The notes beneath the pieces are model-generated. The model saw nothing but the letters and a program-made list of their open reading frames with translations, did not search any database and was not told the DNA's origin. A program made the translations under genes and the position numbers. Shown here in pieces: positions 9,384-16,358 of a stretch of 27,672 bases of DNA. The DNA comes from a virus (Duplodnaviria; Caudoviricetes). The stretch is taken from IMG/VR virus record IMGVR_UViG_3300026085_000008, positions 1 through 27,672 of that record; one strand, given 5' to 3'. Each line of letters begins with the position of its first letter. Position 1 is the first letter of the stretch.

Positions 9384-9632
9384 TCATACACCCTTATTGT
9401 TTTTATCGTAGTAGTGGCGATATATTTCCCATATTTTAGCCGACCATTCTTCTTTAGAATACGTCTGAGGCGAAATAAGCGTTTCTAAGCCACTTTCTAC
9501 GACTATCTGGTATCTACCTCCACTCGGCACTGGATATGCTCTTATATCGTTTCTAATGCACCAAGAGAAGGCTTTTAGGGATTGCTCGTGATTGTTCAAA
9601 TCTTCAGTTACTCTTTTTTTTCTTATCGCCAT
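9384..9632 (-). CDS. Hypothetical protein (start MAIRKK at 9632)
   Basis: 'AFSWC..N.I..YP' and 'IWE.Y.HYY' motifs; ATG directly follows a TATCTTTG promoter. Confidence 0.7.
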   Translation of the reverse strand: MAIRKKRVTEDLNNHEQSLKAFSWCIRNDIRAYPVPSGGRYQIVVESGLETLISPQTYSKEEWSAKIWEIYRHYYDKNNKGV

Positions 9633-9636
9633 AAGA

Positions 9637-9683
9637 CAAAGATACGAAATACCTATTGAATTTACAAGGGTATTGAATTCATA
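9637..9683 (-). promoter_or_regulatory. Bacteroidota sigmaA-type promoter (TATCTTTG) with two TATTGAATT motifs over the -33 region
   Basis: CAAAGATA at 9637-9644 on +; motifs at 9654 and 9671. Confidence 0.65.
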
Positions 9684-10000
9684 TTGGCAGATGGGAATTG
9701 AGGTATGAATAGAGTTTGGGTATAACACACCGTGCGTACTTTCCTACGGCAGAGTTAAGAATATTCCTACAAAATACACGCAAACTTGCATAATTTAATA
9801 GAGGTGATGCAATTTAAGGCTATTTTAAGCCCCTCTAATGGCTTCAAATGGCGTGGGTGGTATGTAGGTATTAAATTGAGAAGATAATGCGTTAGAAAGG
9901 AGAAAAACACCCTTATTTAACAAATTATACCCCATATCCAAACGCATAACAAACTGACAATAAACACTATAATTTATATTATGTAAAATAGTACACCCAT

Positions 10001-10024
10001 AAAAAAAGCCCCAATTAAGGGGCT
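10001..10024 (-). terminator. Intrinsic terminator ending the 11.6-10.0 kb early operon
   Basis: AGCCCC-TTAATT-GGGGCT followed by U run on minus strand. Confidence 0.8.
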
Positions 10025-10049
10025 AAACAATAATTAAAGTTTAATTTAA

Positions 10050-10181
10050 TTACCAGTCATAAGGGTAATTTGTTTGGCTTTTGTATCCGTGTTTTGTTTC
10101 AAGATATTGTTGCCTTTGTTTCTGTTTACGCTGTTCACGTTTCCAATTTAACAGGTATTCAAATTGTATTTTATTTGCCAT
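10050..10181 (-). CDS. Small hypothetical protein, 43 aa
   Basis: MANKIQFEYLLNWKREQ...YPYDW; tightly packed in operon. Confidence 0.6.
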   Translation of the reverse strand: MANKIQFEYLLNWKREQRKQKQRQQYLETKHGYKSQTNYPYDW

Positions 10182-10183
10182 GA

Positions 10184-10354
10184 TTATAAGTTTTGTTTAA
10201 TTAGTTTTTTGAAGTCTTTACGTGCCTCATTTAGCGTATAGAAAAAATAGGTTTCTTTTATAGGCTCTTTTGTTTCATTACATTTGAGCGTATAGCTTCC
10301 GTTGTTGTTGTATTCTATCGAATACATTTTACCTTTGTATATTGATATTGTCAT
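10184..10354 (-). CDS. Small hypothetical protein, 56 aa
   Basis: MTISIYKGKMYSIEYNNNGSY...YTLNEARKDFKKLIKQNL; tightly packed. Confidence 0.65.
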   Translation of the reverse strand: MTISIYKGKMYSIEYNNNGSYTLKCNETKEPIKETYFFYTLNEARKDFKKLIKQNL

Positions 10355-10358
10355 GATA

Positions 10359-10607
10359 TTAATTTAAGTCAGTTAAAATATATTCTTTGCTTTTTATCTT
10401 TGCACGAGTTTCCTTAATACCCTCGTTTAAAAAGTCATTACGGTGCTTACCTGTTGTTTTTGAATATTCCCAAAAACGTGCATCGAGTTGTACCTTGCCT
10501 TTGTTCGGCATAAATGCAATTATGCTTTTATAACTTTGCAAATATGTACCTTTACTTGTGTAAATGTGGAAGCAGTTGTTCCCTTGTGGCTGTATTGAAA
10601 TTTCCAT
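10359..10607 (-). CDS. Phage early hypothetical protein
   Basis: 'LQSY.SIIA' and 'W.YS.TT.KH...FL' motifs, a recurring small early phage protein pattern. Confidence 0.75.
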   Translation of the reverse strand: MEISIQPQGNNCFHIYTSKGTYLQSYKSIIAFMPNKGKVQLDARFWEYSKTTGKHRNDFLNEGIKETRAKIKSKEYILTDLN

Positions 10608-10617
10608 GTTTTTGTAT

Positions 10618-10914
10618 TTAATATGCGTTAATTGTATTGTAATTATTTGTTAAAAAGTTTGTACGATAGTCTTTAAATTGTTGCCAAAAGTCATCTACAT
10701 TAACAAAGTCAATATTTGTCTTTGACATATCAATAGTAAAAAACAAACTTTGTTTCTGTGTGCTACCTATTGTTAAAGTTTTCGTTTCCATGTCAAAACC
10801 CCTAAAATTGTAGTAGCGTGGTGTTTCACGTGGCGTTCCTATTGTCATATATAAAATACAGGCTTCGTGCATCTTTTCGTTTAATTGGTTTTTTATTGGT
10901 GTTATGTAATCCAT
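10618..10914 (-). CDS. Hypothetical protein
   Basis: 98 aa, AATAAC-ATG start, operon packing. Confidence 0.65.
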   Translation of the reverse strand: MDYITPIKNQLNEKMHEACILYMTIGTPRETPRYYNFRGFDMETKTLTIGSTQKQSLFFTIDMSKTNIDFVNVDDFWQQFKDYRTNFLTNNYNTINAY

Positions 10915-10918
10915 GTTA

Positions 10919-11026
10919 TTATGCTTTAAAAATTAAGTGAAATAATATATATAAGGGTAAAAATATACCCATAAATAAAACGCCAACTTTTGACGCCTTA
11001 TTGATAATTTGTACTATTTTTTCCAT
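10919..11026 (-). CDS. Small membrane peptide, 35 aa
   Basis: MEKIVQIINKASKVGVLFMGIFLPLYILFHLIFKA; one hydrophobic helix. Confidence 0.6.
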   Translation of the reverse strand: MEKIVQIINKASKVGVLFMGIFLPLYILFHLIFKA

Positions 11027-11028
11027 GT

Positions 11029-11139
11029 TTATAAATTTGATATAATTGATATTGCACAAGCTACAATATAACAGGCAACAATACCTGTTATTGAATAAGC
11101 TACCAAATCCTCTTTAAATTGTTTTCTATTTTTTTTCAT
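11029..11139 (-). CDS. Small membrane peptide, 36 aa
   Basis: MKKNRKQFKEDLVAYSITGIVACYIVACAISIISNL; AATAAC-ATG start. Confidence 0.6.
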   Translation of the reverse strand: MKKNRKQFKEDLVAYSITGIVACYIVACAISIISNL

Positions 11140-11154
11140 GTTATTATATTTATA

Positions 11155-11412
11155 TTAAACTTTGTTTTTTGTTTTTACTAAATGATATTTCGTACCTCTC
11201 TGGTACACATTATCCATTTCTATACGATAGCCAAAGAAGGAAATTTTTGAGAACCCCCCGCCTTCGCCTTCGTGGTAACTACTTTGAATATACTTATTTT
11301 CAAAGCCGCTGTAATGATGACCACAATAAGGGGCGGTTTCATAACTCCATTTTTGCCCCTTATCTAAGTCATATAAAAAATTCCATATGTATTTCAATAT
11401 TCTTTGTTTCAT
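11155..11412 (-). CDS. Hypothetical protein
   Basis: 85 aa, first ORF after long leader, A/T-rich start context. Confidence 0.6.
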   Translation of the reverse strand: MKQRILKYIWNFLYDLDKGQKWSYETAPYCGHHYSGFENKYIQSSYHEGEGGGFSKISFFGYRIEMDNVYQRGTKYHLVKTKNKV

Positions 11413-11429
11413 ATATAAAAAATTAAATT

Positions 11430-11625
11430 AAACTTATACCAAAAATGTACACCCTATCGAATGTACTTTTCCTTTAGTTTTATTGGCTTAACTAAAAATT
11501 TTTGCTACATTTTCCGTACGCCCTCCGCTTTTGCTTATCTGGTGTACACTGAATGCAAGAGTAGGTTTTTTCCTCCCAACGCTTTAAGTATGATGTTGTT
11601 CGCATAGCGTCAAACGATAACAACA
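11430..11625 (-). ncRNA. Candidate structured RNA / long 5' leader
   Basis: Starts at a TATGTTTG promoter; nested complementary segments 11446-53/11541-48, 11460-65/11506-11, 11473-79/11490-96, plus TGTTGTT/AACAACA hairpin near the 5' end. Confidence 0.45.
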
Positions 11626-11628
11626 GCA

Positions 11629-11706
11629 CAAACATAGAACAAAAAAACACGCCCAATGTTAAGCTAATGTTAAGAAATTGTAAACTTTACGTTAAGAAAT
11701 TGTAAA
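11629..11706 (-). promoter_or_regulatory. Early promoter TATGTTTG with five TT(A/T)AC(A/G) hexamers at 11-bp period (Pho-box-like)
   Basis: CAAACATA 11629-36; hexamers at 11657, 11668, 11679, 11690, 11701. Confidence 0.7.
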
Positions 11707-11750
11707 CAGCTAATGTTTAAAACTTAACACAAAGGAAACAAAAAAAAATG

Positions 11751-11758
11751 TAGCTTTG
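11751..11758 (+). promoter_or_regulatory. Possible plus-strand TAGCTTTG promoter facing the 17-bp array
   Basis: Exact TAnnTTTG in intergenic DNA, divergent from 11629 promoter; no clear -33 element. Confidence 0.35.
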
Positions 11759-11822
11759 CAAATTAGGATACAAGTACCCAAAAAATAGGGTATTCTGTAC
11801 AGCCAAACTTGTGTGAATACCT

Positions 11823-11933
11823 TATTGAATTGACACGCCTATTGAATTGACAGGCGTATTAAATTCATAGGGCTATTAAATTCACAGGGGTATTAAATTC
11901 ATACCCCTATTAAATTTACACCTATTAAATTTA
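11823..11933 (+). repeat. Tandem array of 7 TATT(G/A)AATT(C/G/T)AYA + GC-rich linker units, 17-bp period
   Basis: Starts at 11823, 11840, 11857, 11874, 11891, 11908, 11923. Confidence 0.95.
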
Positions 11934-11999
11934 TTTCGACAACAAAAGTAAAACGCAAAGAAACAAAACTCCGATTGGTAAAAATATTATTGCTTCCAT
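11931..11999 (-). CDS. Hydrophobic micropeptide, 22 aa (MEAIIFLPIGVLFLCVLLLLSK)
   Basis: AATAAC-ATGGAA start matching neighbours; single TM helix; ends at the repeat array. Confidence 0.55.
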   Translation of the reverse strand: MEAIIFLPIGVLFLCVLLLLSK

Positions 12000-12016
12000 G
12001 TTATTGAATTTATAAT

Positions 12017-12232
12017 TTACTCGTAATCTATCCCTAAAGTTTCAAATACCCATTCATCATCGAACCACAAAATATCATTGAGCGTTGTTTCTGTCAATCC
12101 ATTAGGATATAATTCCTCAATAAGATAGTCAAATTCACTTTCCTTTCCGTTCTCAATTATTATTTCTTTTGTGTCTTTTGCCCCTGACCATGCTTCAAAG
12201 TCATTGAGCGTAATATATTTTTTTATTTCCAT
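12017..12232 (-). CDS. Acidic phage hypothetical protein
   Basis: 'F.AWSGA..T' and 'T.LND.LWF' motifs, recurring in phage early regions. Confidence 0.75.
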   Translation of the reverse strand: MEIKKYITLNDFEAWSGAKDTKEIIIENGKESEFDYLIEELYPNGLTETTLNDILWFDDEWVFETLGIDYE

Positions 12233-12242
12233 GTTATTAAAT

Positions 12243-12389
12243 TTATATTTCCTTTACAAAAATTCGGTGGCGTTGAATATCCACATTATACTTCTGACAA
12301 ATTATTTCCAATAATTCGACTTTGTCTTTGGCGTTTAATACTGCATTGGTATTCGCCAAACTTGGTATGTTTACTTTAAACTTTTTCAT
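12243..12389 (-). CDS. Small hypothetical protein, 48 aa
   Basis: MKKFKVNIPSLAN...RHRIFVKEI; ATGA-coupled to upstream gene. Confidence 0.6.
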   Translation of the reverse strand: MKKFKVNIPSLANTNAVLNAKDKVELLEIICQKYNVDIQRHRIFVKEI

Positions 12390-12529
12390 TTTACTTCGTT
12401 TTTAATTGCGTTATCAATTCTGTTTATCATCTCCATAGCTAAGTCTATGTTCCTAAGAAATTCAACGTCTAAAAGCATTTTAAACGCATCTCTACAATCC
12501 TCAAGTAATTTTAGTGTTTCGTTATTCAT
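12386..12529 (-). CDS. Small hypothetical protein, 47 aa
   Basis: MNNETLKLLEDCRDAF...IKNEVK; overlaps both neighbours. Confidence 0.6.
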   Translation of the reverse strand: MNNETLKLLEDCRDAFKMLLDVEFLRNIDLAMEMINRIDNAIKNEVK

Positions 12530-12752
12530 TTTCTACTAATTTATCATTTATTTTTAAATACTCCATATCTTCATAAAACAAGTCCATGTTACATTCGTCT
12601 TTCAACGCCTGTATGTCTATTGTGAATTTTTTATTTTCATAAAGCATATCCATAGCCCATTCGCCTAAGTTAATTAACATACTTTGTTTTTCTTGGTCTG
12701 AACCACCAAAATACCAATCTAAAAATTGGTTGTCATTATACTTTGTTTCCAT
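12522..12752 (-). CDS. Hypothetical acidic protein
   Basis: 76 aa, METKY start, 'FLDWYF' motif. Confidence 0.65.
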   Translation of the reverse strand: METKYNDNQFLDWYFGGSDQEKQSMLINLGEWAMDMLYENKKFTIDIQALKDECNMDLFYEDMEYLKINDKLVENE

Positions 12753-12779
12753 ATTATTATATTTATTTATTTGCGATAA

Positions 12780-12995
12780 TTACCTGTTTTTATAAAACTC
12801 TCTACTTTTTGGTTCATAAAGTACATAAATACTATCTAAATTTCCATATTTTTCTATCAAACCTTTATTATCAAACTCTTTTTTGTTTATTTCGTTTATA
12901 AGATTAAAATTTTCGGATATTATTTCTTTTTTTTTGGTAGTATATTGTTCTCTTACTATAAAATGTTCTGCTCTATTTCTATACTTTGTTTCCAT
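12780..12995 (-). CDS. Hypothetical protein
   Basis: 71 aa, METKY start identical at DNA level to downstream gene. Confidence 0.65.
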   Translation of the reverse strand: METKYRNRAEHFIVREQYTTKKKEIISENFNLINEINKKEFDNKGLIEKYGNLDSIYVLYEPKSREFYKNR

Positions 12996-13007
12996 ATTAT
13001 TGTGTTT

Positions 13008-13592
13008 TTATATTAGTGTTCCTTCTTTTGTGAATTCGTATTGATTAGCTTCAATATCCATAATGATACATTCATCGCTATATTGGTATTCTATTTCATC
13101 ATAACCTCTTGTTTCAAGTTCATCGCAAACATCACAATAAATTTGCTCAAGTTTCAATCGTACATTATTTACAACTTCATTTATATTTTCACAATCAGTA
13201 TTGATAGAAGAAGTGTAATTTTCAATCCATATATCAATATCAGAAGAAGAAGCGAAGCAATAATAACCATTGTTTCCTGTACATTTAAAATAAGTGTTAT
13301 CAGCTAATAATTTAGCGGTTTTTTCTTTACCTTTACCCAGCTCATCTAAATATAATTCCTCAAGTTTAGTGTACTCTTGTGCTGAAAAACTTAATCCATC
13401 ACCCTGACAATATCCTAAACTATATTGTAGTTCAATATCCTCAAAGCCTCTCTCATTCGCATAATGTACGCAATCATCTTTAAAGAAGTCAAGCATAACT
13501 TCTGTATCTTCTCTAAAATACTTTATTGCATTTTCTTTTGCCTGTTTACTTAATTCGTGAAACTCATAAACTTCTGTTTCAATTATTCTCAT
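13008..13592 (-). CDS. Acidic early phage protein
   Basis: 'MR.IET.VY.F.ELS..AKE.A', 'QGDG.SF', 'IEAN.YEF...G' pattern; first gene after early promoter. Confidence 0.75.
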   Translation of the reverse strand: MRIIETEVYEFHELSKQAKENAIKYFREDTEVMLDFFKDDCVHYANERGFEDIELQYSLGYCQGDGLSFSAQEYTKLEELYLDELGKGKEKTAKLLADNTYFKCTGNNGYYCFASSSDIDIWIENYTSSINTDCENINEVVNNVRLKLEQIYCDVCDELETRGYDEIEYQYSDECIIMDIEANQYEFTKEGTLI

Positions 13593-13617
13593 TTTTATAT
13601 GTTTTAAAATTATGGTA

Positions 13618-13662
13618 CAAACATATACACAATTTTTTTTTCTAATGTTAAGCCAATGTTAA
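13618..13662 (-). promoter_or_regulatory. Early promoter TATGTTTG with TTAACA-N5-TTAACA box
   Basis: CAAACATA 13618-25; hexamers at 13646 and 13657, same 28-bp offset as at 11629. Confidence 0.7.
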
Positions 13663-13673
13663 GAAATTATTAC

Positions 13674-13681
13674 TATATTTG
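13674..13681 (+). promoter_or_regulatory. Plus-strand TATATTTG promoter, divergent from 13618
   Basis: Exact TAnnTTTG upstream of a terminator and the DUF5664 gene. Confidence 0.55.
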
Positions 13682-13735
13682 TCATGCAATCATTTCATAG
13701 AGGTTGTTTAAATTATTTTATAGTTCTACAATAAG

Positions 13736-13768
13736 ATACCCTATTCAATCGAGTAGGGTATTTTTTTT
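13736..13768 (+). terminator. Intrinsic terminator directly before DUF5664 gene
   Basis: ATACCCTATTC-AATC-GAGTAGGGTAT stem then U run. Confidence 0.75.
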
Positions 13769-14209
13769 ATGCCTATTAAATTCACAAATATGAAACAAAC
13801 AGATACAGGGGGTGTTAAATTCACAGGAAACTATTTTGATGAAGCCATTGAACATATTGAAGAAACAAGCGATGAGGGTATTGAATTGCGAAGCAATCAA
13901 GAGGGTATTGAATTCACAGATACCCCTATTAAATTCACAAGAAAGCAAACACCTATTTATTCGGGCGTACTTAACTATTTCCCTGATGCGATAAGAGAGG
14001 TCGCCCAATGCTCATTCGTGGGCAACGAGCAACACAATCCAAACACTCCTTTACATTGGGATAGAAGTAAGTCTGGCGATGAATTAGACGCACTTACAAG
14101 ACATCTGCTTGAAGCTGGTACAATAGATAGTGATGGTATTCGCCATTCAGCTAAGGTCGCATGGAGAGCTTTAGCGAACCTTCAGAAAGAGATAGAACAA
14201 TCAAAATAA
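13769..14209 (+). CDS. dATP/dGTP diphosphohydrolase domain protein (DUF5664) with repeat-encoded N-terminus; start may be 13790
   Basis: 'P.YSGVL.YFPDA..EVA..S..GN.QHNP..PLHW...KS....DAL.RHL...H.AKVAWRALA.LQ' signature. Confidence 0.8.
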   Translation: MPIKFTNMKQTDTGGVKFTGNYFDEAIEHIEETSDEGIELRSNQEGIEFTDTPIKFTRKQTPIYSGVLNYFPDAIREVAQCSFVGNEQHNPNTPLHWDRSKSGDELDALTRHLLEAGTIDSDGIRHSAKVAWRALANLQKEIEQSK

Positions 14210-14322
14210 GCACTTGTGCTTTTTCGCCATACAGGGCGTTTAAATTCACAAAGGTATCTGAGTACCACTTAGGTCGAGAAGTGCGCTTAAATCGCCTAAT
14301 AGAGGGCTTAAAACGCCTGTTT

Positions 14323-15537
14323 TTACCTTATTACATACATACCTTTTGGTACACTACGAGTAAGTAGGTATTGAATTGCATATCTTGAGCCGTCAATGCC
14401 GTGATTCCAGTTATCAATCGGAATACTTCCCTTCAACTTCCAGGCATAGTTATTGAACTCTTTGATAAGGTTTATAGAACCTTTATCGACCACCATATCA
14501 TAGTCTTGCATTAGGGCGATTCCTGTTAAGATACTACCTTTCTTTTTAATGGTAGGCGTTATGTTCAGTCCTTTAGTTTTTAACTCACTTATTAGTCGAG
14601 GCTCACTATTATCGCACACTATAAGCTGTTTTCCTGCGATTCTACGGCACATCTCAAAGATATTGGAAGTGGACATACCAGCCTTGTAGAAATGCTCTCT
14701 AATCCATATTATTTTGCGTGTCTTGTCTATGGCGATTTCTGTAAGTGCTGAGGGGTCTGTTGAGAAACCAAAGTCCAATCCAAAGATTGTGTCTTGTTCT
14801 TCATCGAACTCACCAATGCGCCAATGGGTAAATACGACACCTTCTGCTCTATCAAGCCAACCACCGAGTATCTGGTGCTTGTACTTATCTGGTCTGCGCT
14901 CTCTCATATCTTCTACTTGGGCGACAAAGGATTCAGACAAGTGTTCTTTATTGTCAAGGTAAGTCGTGTGAATGTAGTTTATGTTTTCGCTATCGCCTAA
15001 ATGTCCATCAGCAATCCCTCTGTTCTGAAAGAACCTCTGATATATCCAATGCTCTTTTGTGGTAGGGTTTAGAATTAAGATACACCTATTCTGTTTACCA
15101 GTCGCCCTAACCGAGTAGTCAATCTTATCGAATGATTCTTCGTCTGTAAGTTCTTCTGCCTCATCAAGCACAAAAGTAGTTACACCTTGAATAGACTTTA
15201 GCTTTGCTGTTTGGTCGCCACTTGCAGTTTTGATACCACTAAAGAATATACTACTACCAGTTAGATTGTTTATGATTTCTGTTTTAGTTACGGTGAAATG
15301 TTCGCCAATGCCCATAAGTTCCAGCTTCTCCAGAAACTCTGGTATAATCGACATACTTGCCGAAGTCATTGTGTATCGTGTAAAAAGTATCTTGTGTCCT
15401 TGCTCGTATGTGAGAAGTACAAGGAATGTGTTTACTGCAAACGATTTACCGCTACCTCGCCCACCAGTACAGATATGGTATCTACTTGGCGAATTGAATA
15501 GACTATGGTACTTTGGATTTAGATTTACTTTTTTCAT
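14323..15537 (-). CDS. terL: Terminase large subunit (PBSX/Terminase_3-like)
   Basis: Walker A GGRGSGKS, Walker B VLDEAEE, LNP motif, nuclease GLDFG and NHGIDGSRY. Confidence 0.95.
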   Translation of the reverse strand: MKKVNLNPKYHSLFNSPSRYHICTGGRGSGKSFAVNTFLVLLTYEQGHKILFTRYTMTSASMSIIPEFLEKLELMGIGEHFTVTKTEIINNLTGSSIFFSGIKTASGDQTAKLKSIQGVTTFVLDEAEELTDEESFDKIDYSVRATGKQNRCILILNPTTKEHWIYQRFFQNRGIADGHLGDSENINYIHTTYLDNKEHLSESFVAQVEDMRERRPDKYKHQILGGWLDRAEGVVFTHWRIGEFDEEQDTIFGLDFGFSTDPSALTEIAIDKTRKIIWIREHFYKAGMSTSNIFEMCRRIAGKQLIVCDNSEPRLISELKTKGLNITPTIKKKGSILTGIALMQDYDMVVDKGSINLIKEFNNYAWKLKGSIPIDNWNHGIDGSRYAIQYLLTRSVPKGMYVIR

Positions 15538-16193
15538 TGTTGTTTATGATACATCACTTCCGTACTTCTTCTTATGCCACCCCAATATTCCTTTAGGTTT
15601 TCAAAGGGCAACCAATCAGCACTATCGTTTTCACATACTATAACTTGACCACGCCTTGATTTACACCAATCAGATAATTCGGTATAGTTTATGAATTTAT
15701 TGCTCTTGGGATAATGTTCGCCACCATTGAAATAAGGTGGGTCTATAAACCAAGTTGCTTTCGTATTTTCTATTTCGTTGTAATCCCCAAGACGTATATC
15801 CCAATGCTTTATCTTAGGCAATATATTTTTAGTTGTTTGAATCTTATACTCAACCTTTGTTGAGGCTCTTTTTGTTACTGTGTATTTAGGGCTTGTAACA
15901 CCTTCGTTTACTATAAAAGAAAGAAAGAGAAATTCGCCTTCAGCTAAATTGTAATCCTTCAATGATTCCCCTTGCTTTAATACTGGTAATCTATCCAAGT
16001 CCTTATCACTTGCCTGTTGAAGCCAATGCCATATCTTTATTATTGGTTCATACTTATCTACAAGAAGCACATCTCTATCCCAGTACTTCAAAGAATACCT
16101 TGCAGTTCCAGCAAATGGCTCTATTATTTTATCGTGCGTAGGCTCAGGATAAAGATTTACTAATTTACTTTTGCTTCCGTAATAAGAAATCAT
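15534..16193 (-). CDS. DNA adenine methyltransferase (D12/Dam class)
   Basis: 'SYYGSK', 'EPFAG' SAM-binding motif, catalytic 'DPPY'. Confidence 0.85.
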   Translation of the reverse strand: MISYYGSKSKLVNLYPEPTHDKIIEPFAGTARYSLKYWDRDVLLVDKYEPIIKIWHWLQQASDKDLDRLPVLKQGESLKDYNLAEGEFLFLSFIVNEGVTSPKYTVTKRASTKVEYKIQTTKNILPKIKHWDIRLGDYNEIENTKATWFIDPPYFNGGEHYPKSNKFINYTELSDWCKSRRGQVIVCENDSADWLPFENLKEYWGGIRRSTEVMYHKQQ

Positions 16194-16208
16194 TTCTTTG
16201 TATTATTT

Positions 16209-16343
16209 TCATTGAATACTACAAAAGGCACATTGTTCTTTACATCGCTCACCTTTTAGGTCAAAGTCGATGCAGTCGAAGTCCTCTTTCTTCAATCCCT
16301 TTGCAAAGGGCGAGTATCTATTTTGTATCTTTTTCTTAGCCAT
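16209..16343 (-). CDS. Small Cys-rich protein, 44 aa
   Basis: MAKKKIQNRYSPF...CIDFDLKGERCKEQCAFCSIQ; four Cys. Confidence 0.6.
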   Translation of the reverse strand: MAKKKIQNRYSPFAKGLKKEDFDCIDFDLKGERCKEQCAFCSIQ

Positions 16344-16358
16344 TGTTATCCAATTTTA

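Noticed and set aside
9633-9728. Track N-terminal extension of 9384..9728
   Set aside because: Runs through the promoter and motif pair; ATG at 9632 fits better
11492-11605. 37-codon ORF MRTTSYLKRW...
   Set aside because: Lacks the A-rich start context of neighbours and coincides with predicted RNA helices; not fully excluded
11823-11933. Mini-CRISPR reading of the 17-bp array
   Set aside because: Variable part is only about 4 nt
13684-13734. 16-codon leader peptide MQSFHRGCLNYFIVLQ
   Set aside because: ATG is only 2 nt after the -7 element, probably upstream of the start site
13745-14008. Minus-strand ORF with CEFN repeats
   Set aside because: Antisense reading of the DNA motif in the DUF5664 gene
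13769-14209. Calling a Z-genome (2-aminoadenine) system
   Set aside because: No purZ, datZ or DNA polymerase in the window; DUF5664 alone is insufficient
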